Below are positions 56,332 through 64,000 of a DNA stretch of 64,000 nucleotides, one piece after another; position 1 is the first letter of the stretch; the number at the start of each line of letters is the position of its first letter. The position numbers and the translations under genes are program-made. The stretch is taken from assembly GCF_037042905.1 (NCBI RefSeq), contig NC_087249.1:9054001-9118000 (forward strand). The letters run 5' to 3'. The notes under the pieces were generated by a model. That model did no database searches, was not told the DNA's origin, and was given only the letters and a program-made list of their open reading frames with translations. Source of the DNA: Lytechinus pictus. Its lineage: Eukaryota.

Positions 56332-56770
56332 ATATCATCGTCGTCGTCGTCATCACCATCATCATCACCATCATCATCACCATCATCATTACTATCATCA
56401 TTGATCATCATCATTATCATTATCATCATCATCATCATCACCACCATCATCTATACCATCATCATCATCACCATCACCACCATCATCATCATCACCATCA
56501 TCATCATCGTCATCATCATCACCATCATCACCATTATCACCATCATCGTCACCACCATCACCATCATCATCATCACTATCATCATAATCATATTCATCAT
56601 CTGTATCATAATCATATTTATCATCATCTTTATCATCATCATCATCATCATTTATCATCATCACCATCATCATCATCATCATCACCACCATCATCATCTT
56701 CATCATTATCATTATCATCATCATCACCATCATCATCACCATCATCACCATCATCACAATCATCAATCGT
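56332..56770. repeat. Long imperfect (ATC/ACC)n microsatellite
   Basis: About 440 bp of catcat/caccat repeats. Confidence 0.97.
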
Positions 56771-57023
56771 ATAAGTAATTAAGATCTTACAAGGGATGTG
56801 GAGGGAGAGATCATCATCATACAACCTTCCCTCCACTTTCCCTTTTTATGTAAAAACAGATCGAGAATTACTCAGAGAATTACTCATGCCTGTAAGCATT
56901 GAGTAATCCCCACATCCAGGAATTCATTCTGAAATAGCCACATTATCCTCCCTGTAAACCCCCAAATGTGAATTCTTAAATAATCAATTTTGGGATCATT
57001 GTTCTTTGTTTTCCTGTTATCAG

Positions 57024-57129
57024 GCTGATCCAACATGAATGTTCCTCTGCGTCCTGTCCGTGTGGTGACCAGTGCTCAAACCAAAACATCCAAAGACATC
57101 ATTGGAGTCCAGGACTTAGGAGATTCATG
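57024..57129 (+). CDS. ASH1L: ASH1L AWS domain exon 2 ([35 protein letters not shown])
   Basis: Acceptor gttatcAG, donor ATG|GTGAGT (phase 0). EC....CPCG..C.NQ.IQ AWS motif. Confidence 0.96.
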
Positions 57130-57658
57130 GTGAGTGCCGATACGTTTCCCTACCATCGCCAGGTCCTGTTGCATTCAACCCTACAATCAATTACATTTTA
57201 GCATTCAGTGTTAACTGTTATGGTAACAATCCCCAAGGACCAGTCACTATCAAGGTTTCTCAGGAATATACAGTTTTGAAAGGAAGAAATTGAAATTTAT
57301 TGGACTCAACTCTGATGCGTATATCTTTTACCCCTTTTTTTTATTGAAAATGTTCGTTCAGTAAAAATGGAACAAGATATGTGCAATGTACCAAATGTAA
57401 CAACCATTCCAGGATATAGATCTATATTTGAAGTAAGTCCACAGAATGTAACTAATATGAACATCAATGTATGTGTACCAAAATTCTATTCCTTTTACCC
57501 TTGAAGTATTTGCCAAGAATTGTCTTTGTGCTCAGATAAATGGGATTCCCCGTTAAGCCTACATCTTTGAAATGTGATGGTTATATTGTGATTCCTCTGT
57601 CATTTGAAGTTTAAAAAGAGCAATCAACCAATTTGGAAATATCTATGTGATTTCATCG

Positions 57659-58091
57659 CAAATAACTAAAACTGTGAAATAGCTGTATGATTTGTATTCA
57701 ATGATGTTGTGTACCACAGATCGAGTCTCAAGGATTGGGAACAGAGAAGATAACTATAATTTTGAGAGAGCTTCATGATCTGTATTCAATGATGTTTTGT
57801 ACAACAGACTGAGTCTCGAGGGTGGGGAACAGAGAAAATAACTGTTATTGTGAAAGAGCTGTATGATTTGTATTCAATGATGTTGTGTTCCGCAGATCGA
57901 GTCTCAAGGATGGGGAACAGAGCAAATGACTATAATTGTGAGAGAGCTTCATGATCTGTATTCAATGATGTTTCGTACGACAGACTGAGTCTCGAGGGTG
58001 GGGAATGGAGCAAATAACTATAATGTGAAAGAGCTTTATAATCTATATTCAATGATGTTGTCTACCGCAGACGGAGTCTCGAGGGTGGGGA
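57659..58091 (+). repeat. Five-copy ~88-bp tandem array overlapping the SET exon acceptor
   Basis: Unit ...tattcaatgatgtt..cAG|AyNGAGTCTCrAGGrTkGGGA with post-AG positions 57720, 57808, 57896, 57984 and 58071. Confidence 0.95.
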
Positions 58092-58318
58092 GTAAAGACC
58101 CTTCAACCCATCCGCCATGGCTCTTTCATCATCGAGTACTTGGGCGAGGTGATCAGCGTCAAGGAGCTGTGGAAGAGGGCGCTCGACGACTATCAGTACC
58201 AGAAGCATCACTACTGTCTCAACCTGGACGGAGGGATGGTGATAGATGGCTATCGCTATGGCAACGAGGGTCGTTTCGTCAACCATAGTTGCAATCCCAA
58301 TTGCGAGATGCAGAAATG
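58071..58318 (+). CDS. ASH1L: ASH1L SET domain exon 1 ([10 protein letters not shown]...IEYLGEVI...[16 protein letters not shown])
   Basis: Acceptor ccgcAG|ACG and donor TG|GTATGT. SET motifs GWG, IEYxGE and RFxNHSCxPN. Confidence 0.97.
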
Positions 58319-58507
58319 GTATGTATAAATGAATCTGTTTATTTTCAGGTACAAGGATTTTTCGATCATTATAGAACTCATCCGTGCAGTATGTTTTTAC
58401 TTTAAAGCAATGAGGGAAAAGGAAATTTGACTTTATTATTTGGTTCTTTACATGTGATGGTGGTGATTTTTTTTACTTGATTGTGAAGAAAGCATGAATG
58501 CTTGTAA

Positions 58508-58591
58508 GGGCATTAGCGCACCAAGTGGGAATCGGACCTGGGTCACCGGAATCCGAAACCCCCGCTCTACAGACTGAGCTATCGCGCCTCC
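58508..58591 (-). mobile_element. tRNA-like SINE head fragment or tRNA pseudogene
   Basis: The reverse complement GGAGGCGCGATAGCTCAGTCTGTAGAGCG...GGTCCGATTCC has A and B boxes, but the cloverleaf pairing is not canonical. Confidence 0.6.
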
Positions 58592-58890
58592 TCCTGTACA
58601 TTTAGTTTTTATTATGGGGGGGAGTAGTCAAATTGAAATTTAATGCATTGATTATTTCTGAAAAGTGTATTCTTAGATTTGATAGATACACAGGAAATTA
58701 TTTTGCTTACCAAATTTGATTGGCATTTCTGGTCATATCAAAAGAAAAGCCCTAAAATTCTGAACAGTGGTATGTAACAATATGCTACATAAAAGACTTC
58801 TTGTGTAGTAGTGGAGCAAATTGTGATGCGTTACCAGGAAAATTATTCCACGATATATCTATCTTCAATTGTAACCTTTTTTTTCTTCAG

Positions 58891-58999
58891 GATGGTGAAC
58901 GGGTTGTACAGAATAGGAATGTTTGCTTTGAGAGACATTGAACCAGGGGAGGAGCTCACATATGACTACAACTTCCACTCATTCAACATGGAGACACAG
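58891..58999 (+). CDS. ASH1L: ASH1L SET domain exon 2 ([36 protein letters not shown])
   Basis: Acceptor ttttcttcAG, donor CAG|GTAGGC. ELTYDY motif and the ASH1L-typical NFHSF loop. Confidence 0.97.
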
Positions 59000-59076
59000 G
59001 TAGGCATTATCATGGATTCTCATTCATGTGTGGATGGGTTTCAATTTTTGGTTCCGATGTAAAGCAATTAATATTA

Positions 59077-59450
59077 TGGGTCAAGTCCAAACCGAGCAAA
59101 AAGTTAATTTGAATGAATAACGGAAAGTTAAATAAGCATAACACTGAAAATTTCATCAAAATCGGTTATAAAATAATTTTAAAGTTTTGCTTAATTTCAC
59201 AAAACAGTTATGCACATCTTGGTGGGTATGCAATGAGGAGACTGATGTCATCCACTCACTATTTCTTTTTTATTTTATTATATGAAATATTCTTATTTTC
59301 TCTTCATTGTCAAGTGAAACAATGATTAATTCCTCCCTGAACCTGTGGAATTAGCACTGTTTAATACTATTTGGTTCAGTCAAGTTGGTCCTTATTGTCA
59401 AATGTATAAAAAATGAAATATTGTATAATTCAAACAATAAAAAAAAAAGA
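59077..59450 (+). mobile_element. Kolobok-like MITE, family A, truncated at right end
   Basis: Collinear with 38721-39120 (aagcataacactgaaaatttcatcaaaatcgg; caagttggtccttattgtcaaat). Confidence 0.82.
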
Positions 59451-60696
59451 AATTGGGCTCATTGAGTTAATGGCTCATCTATGCATTTCTTCCCTAATCC
59501 TCTAATAACTTTGCGTGACCTAGCGACAGTCATAAGCCATGCATTCAAAGGTATGCATGACATGTGAAATTATCTAGTTAACATGTCATTGTCTAACCTA
59601 GCAACAATCATGAATTCATTGGGGTTTAGCGCCCCACCATTGTTAAGCAAATTCCTGAAAGTTATTCACATTATTCTGCATTGTTGTGAGTGCTTTGAAT
59701 ACCTTCAATTGTCAAAACAATGACAGACCGATATGAATAGGAAATGACAGTTAGAATAGGAACTGACCATTGAAATTCGAAGACCCAGAGGGTCGCTTGC
59801 TTACATCTTAGCCTTTGGAGGCTACACCTTTGTGAGCTGGTCATTATGAATTCAAGTCTACTTATGTAATGAATATCTAATTTGTATGCATGAATCATGA
59901 TAAAAGATTCCCACCTCCTCTCTGGCTATTGGGTGATAGCACTAAAGTCTATTGTCAAACATGTTTATGCATGAGCTTTGGGAAATTGAACCATGACGTG
60001 GTGGTTTCTTCAATAACCATCAAAAAGTTTGCTTATCTTTTGCTTGAGTATTAAGAAAGGCCTTGCTTGCTAATAGGCTGGAGGCAGTGAGCAAGCAAGG
60101 CCAGTGTACAGTGACACATATAACAGAACATGTGACTAGTCATGTGATGATGATGTCATCACATCAACATAACAATAAACATACACAACACAAGACTATT
60201 ACAACATACCATAACCCCCCAGCTAACCTTTATGCTGTATGCTGGCCTTGTTTATTATCTATTTATGTCAGCTTTTTTCAGCTGGCATGAATAGGTAATG
60301 CTCGTGGGCTGCGTTTTCAACTCAAAAGTAATTTATGCTAATTAGATTTGTGTACAGTGCATATATATGGATTGAGGTACAGTAGGAAGGCTTGTATTGT
60401 TTAATCAGGGTTTTCTTTCAATTACAAATTTAATTAGATCATAGAATTTTTGTCTTACAAGAAGAAAACTTAGTAGAAGAAGAAAACTTAGTAGCCTATT
60501 TTTTTTTAACTTGGACAGAAGGCAAAGTATCATATTTTATCTGGCATGTGTTCAATTTTTTCATAGAAATGATCTTATTTCCACCATAAAATTTACTCTT
60601 TCTGAATATTTATTTGTATTGTGTCCCTTTTTCATAGAAATTATATTATTTTCTCTATAAATTTACTCTTTCTGAATATTTGTATTCCCCTTGTAG

Positions 60697-60849
60697 CAAG
60701 AGTGTAACTGCGGTCACGAGACGTGTCGAGGGTACATCGGCGGAAGGGCCCAGAAACCTACCACGGTGGTCAAGAAGAACAAGGTCGCGGTCAAGCGGTC
60801 ATCGACATCCAAGAACAGTCGACAGAGCAAGATCATGAAGAAGAACCTT
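60697..60849 (+). CDS. ASH1L: ASH1L post-SET exon (QECNCGHETCRGYIGGRAQK...)
   Basis: Acceptor cccttgtAG, donor CTT|GTAAGT. CxCx4C post-SET zinc motif. Confidence 0.96.
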
Positions 60850-61447
60850 GTAAGTGGTTTCCCTTTTTATGTGCATTTTTAGGAGCAAAATCATCCAAAA
60901 ACCTATCACCACCTATAGCAGCCATGCTTTTTGTTTTCTTCCCTCTTAATTAACAAGTTTTGTCAAATTATATACAATGCAGAGAAAAATTCAGAAGATG
61001 ATAACAATAGAAAATAAAAAACAACAGAAGCAATCAAAAGCAAACTGAAGAAAAGGTCCCTAAATCCGCAAAGTAAAGAAATTTACTGTCCAAAATGTTG
61101 TCGGTGTTTATGGAAGATCATGCTATGAACGTAATGGTGCACGTGCGCATGAGCGGGATCTCCTGTAATTTCAGAGAATTATGAAATAGAAGTGTAAGTA
61201 TATAAGTATGCTATTACAATTGAACCCCCCCACCCCGCTTCACTCTCTTCTTTGTATAATTTACTATGGTACTTAAGAGCCCAGCGTTAGATAGACCAAT
61301 TGTCTCTGCGACTCTCCCACATTCTTTGTATCTATACACATTTCGATGTTAATCATTGAATGTATTTTACATGCTTTTACTTGAATTGAAAATAAATGAA
61401 ATGAAAATTAATGAATCCATGTCTATTTTTGTTTCCATGGTTACCAG

Positions 61448-61691
61448 GAGGGTCATCGAGATGAGGAAGGAGGAGACGGAACCCCGTCGTCACGACCCCG
61501 GGAGCTGCTCCTTCCTAAACCCATGTCCTACCGGGAGATGAACTTTGTAGCCGACAACAGACTCTTCTTGCTGCGGAACATAGAGAGGGTGAAGAGGATA
61601 CGGGAGGGCATCCTCAAGAAGCGGGAGACCGGTAGCAGCCAACGGACCAACAGCGCGGAGAGACAGTACACCATGGATAGGAGTGGGAAAG
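61448..61691 (+). CDS. ASH1L: ASH1L exon between post-SET and bromodomain (KPMSYREMNFVADNRLFLLRNIERV)
   Basis: Acceptor ttaccAG|GAG (phase 0) and donor G|GTGAGG (phase 1). Resembles ASH1L PMSNRERNFV...FLVRN (recalled). Confidence 0.92.
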
Positions 61692-61714
61692 GTGAGGGTC
61701 ATCCTAGACAGTGA

Positions 61715-61910
61715 CATCATTGTCATTGGTGTCATTGCCATCATCATCTTCATCACCATCATCATCATTGGTTTCATTGCCATTATCAGCATCGTCATTA
61801 TCATATCATCATCATTATCATATTATCATCACTATTATCATCATCATCTTAATCACATCTATCATCACCATCATCAGTGTCAAATTCAGTGTCACCATCC
61901 CTGTCATTAT
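61715..61910. repeat. Degenerate (ATC)n microsatellite
   Basis: catcat/cattat runs beginning ~25 nt after the exon donor. Confidence 0.9.
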
Positions 61911-62624
61911 CAAAACATATATTCCCTGTATATGAATCTGACCACATTTAATATGTCATTGCCCCAAATTTTGAACAATATTCAGTATGTACTGAGAACT
62001 CAAATATTCAGCATACAGAAAGATAGTATTTTAAACATGAATATTGAGAAGGAAAGAAGCCAGGTGTGAGCATATATAAAGTCTTTCAAAAAAAAAAAAC
62101 TCCTCCAATTGAGTTCAGAAAAGAAAATTTAAAATACCTTTACATCACTAGCAATTTTCATGAAATCCATCTTTTTCTTAGTTTGTAGTTTTAAGATTAC
62201 ATAATTCCATTAAATTAATTAATTGTAATTGCTTTGGGCCTTATTGGAAAAACGCAGTATAAGTAATCATAAAAGTAATAAGTTAATATACAAGTATAGC
62301 ATTGTTTGTCAAATGTTTAGTTGCAGGGATATGTCGGTCGATTAAAAAAGGTTCACATTTATTATGTCCAGACTGAGATGTTTTTCAGCAGGCTGTCAAC
62401 ATGTAATACTACCTCAGTCTGTAATCCATACCGCACATCATGATTGCATTAAACCTATTCTCTCTCCCAACGTAATCGGAGAACCCCAAACACATCTCCT
62501 AACATCAAAATGAAACTTGATGTGAAAAATGCAAGCCCTGGCCAACAGAGTTTGGTGGGAAGCCAAATGTCACTAGCTATTCCTAATTCAATTGACTCAT
62601 TTTTTTTGTGTGAATTCTTGATAG

Positions 62625-62832
62625 ATGTGTTCATGGCTCAGTTCACGGCGTTGAAGACGTCGCGCTCGGTGAAGACCAGACGTTTGGCTGCCGCTCAGGA
62701 GAACACGGAGGTGACGAAAGCGGCGCGTCTTGCTCAGGTCTTCAAGGATATCTACACCGCGGTCTGCACCTATCGCAACCCTAGCGGTCAGAGCCTTGCC
62801 ATCCCTTTCATGAATTTACCGTCTAAGAAAAG
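62625..62832 (+). CDS. ASH1L: ASH1L exon leading into bromodomain ([27 protein letters not shown]...PFMNLPSKK)
   Basis: Acceptor ttcttgatAG, donor AG|GTGAGT. The [11 protein letters not shown] motif is characteristic of Ash1 proteins. Confidence 0.96.
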
Positions 62833-63321
62833 GTGAGTTAACATCTTTCACCCCTTCCCCTCTTCCCTCCCCTTATCCCCCTCTCCCCCTCCCCTTTCCT
62901 CTCTCCCTCTCTCTTCTGTCTCTGTCTTCTATTCATTGATAATTTTTCCCTTCTCAATCTTTTTTCCCCCTTTTTTCCTTTCCAATCCTTTTTCCAACTC
63001 ATGGGTCCTCATTTTAATTTCCTGCCTTTATGTGTCACTATTAAATTAGATATTCAGATTTATATGCAAAATGTTCAATTTAGAACTTCAATAGTAATAC
63101 ATGTATTTCCAAAGGAGTCTAGCAGTCATTTATAGATGTATACTCTCATTCGGTAATTCAAATTGTACCGTTTGTATGACTTTTGCCTTGGTATACATGG
63201 AATTGCCAAAGTTAGTATGTTTTCTATCCTCCTCCTTCTCCTCCTCCTCTCTCTTTCTCCCCCCCCCCCCCCCCCACCACCAATACTATTAAGAAGCGAC
63301 ACTGCTTTGTATCTTATACAG

Positions 63322-63454
63322 GAATCCTGACTACTACAAGCGGATCTCTGACCCGGTCGACTTGAGCACCATCGAGAAGAACTTGATGACGGGGAAATAC
63401 AAGAGCGTTGAAGCCTTTGATTCAGACTTCCTCAAAGTCTTCAAGAACTCAGAG
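63322..63454 (+). CDS. ASH1L: ASH1L bromodomain exon ([44 protein letters not shown])
   Basis: Acceptor ttatacAG, donor GAG|GTCAGT. PDYY..I..P.DL.TI bromodomain signature. The gene continues past the window. Confidence 0.96.
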
Positions 63455-63639
63455 GTCAGTGAACCTTTCATTCCGTCTTTCCTAGGGCCTGTTTCATAAA
63501 GAGTTAAAACATGTTAACTTTCTGTTATTGTAACTACCATGGTAACCTTGATTGTGATTGGCTGCTGAGCCCTGTTACCATGGTAGTTGTCATAATGGTA
63601 GTTACCGTAAACAGGTCCTGTATAATATGCAACATATAT

Positions 63640-63888
63640 ATACCGCTTAATACAATGTTTCTAAGCGCTTCATACTATTATCCTAGCTTTACCATGGCTG
63701 CTATTATCGGGCACTCAAGCATTCAAGGAATTTTTCTACCGGGTACCCATTTACTGCACCTGGGTGGAGAGTGGCAAATGTAGATTAATGTCTTGCCAAA
63801 GCCTGGGACTGTTGTTGAGACTGGTGGGATTCAAACCCGGACTTTATGGTTCAGAATTTGAAGACTTATCCACTGGGCCACAAACACC
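63640..63888 (-). mobile_element. tRNA-derived SINE
   Basis: Reverse-complement B box gggattcaaacc and A box ccactgggcca. The core gggtacccatttactgcacctgggtggagagtggcaaatgtagat matches the 23457 copy. Confidence 0.85.
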
Positions 63889-64000
63889 TTTTCAATGATG
63901 ATTTAACACTTCTGAGGTCTATTGCATTTTTAAAAATAAATACATTAAAAACTCAGGTAAAATTCAAAGTAACTAGAGTTTTCTCATATTATAAGTTTAT

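Noticed and set aside
56268..56836. Poly-His/Asp/Ile/Met ORFs (also at 7135-7518 and 61490-62069)
   Set aside because: They are translations of (ATC)n microsatellites in several frames, with no splice or domain support.
57659..58091. CRISPR-like appearance of the regularly spaced repeat
   Set aside because: The whole unit repeats with no unique spacers, the context is a eukaryotic intron and there are no cas genes.
58508..58591. Functional tRNA gene
   Set aside because: A and B boxes are present, but the T-loop reads GTCCGA and I could not form a canonical cloverleaf. It is more likely a SINE head; tRNAscan-SE would decide.
61445..61450. NAGNAG tandem acceptor CAGGAG
   Set aside because: A distal GAG is rarely used and would change only one residue.

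Overview
AT-rich, intron-rich animal genomic DNA, probably an invertebrate deuterostome such as a sea urchin (inferred from repeat types and protein divergence; not verified). The window is dominated by one + strand gene, an ASH1L/Ash1 orthologue (H3K36 methyltransferase). I traced 12 coding exons from 15917 to 63454 with GT-AG boundaries and mutually consistent phases (8001 nt, 2667 codons). They encode a 5.7-kb low-complexity AT-hook exon, the MRG15-binding FxLP motif, AWS, SET, post-SET and the first part of the bromodomain. PHD and BAH exons should lie beyond the right edge, and the true first exon is uncertain. The introns carry many non-autonomous DNA transposons (Kolobok-like TTAA, Harbinger-like, P-like, Merlin-like, Mutator-like, Tc1/mariner-like), tRNA-derived SINEs and (ATC)n microsatellites. 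The most unusual feature is a five-copy ~88-bp tandem array that has multiplied the splice acceptor and first codons of the catalytic SET exon; all four upstream acceptor copies lead to premature stops. No prokaryotic features or CRISPR arrays are present.
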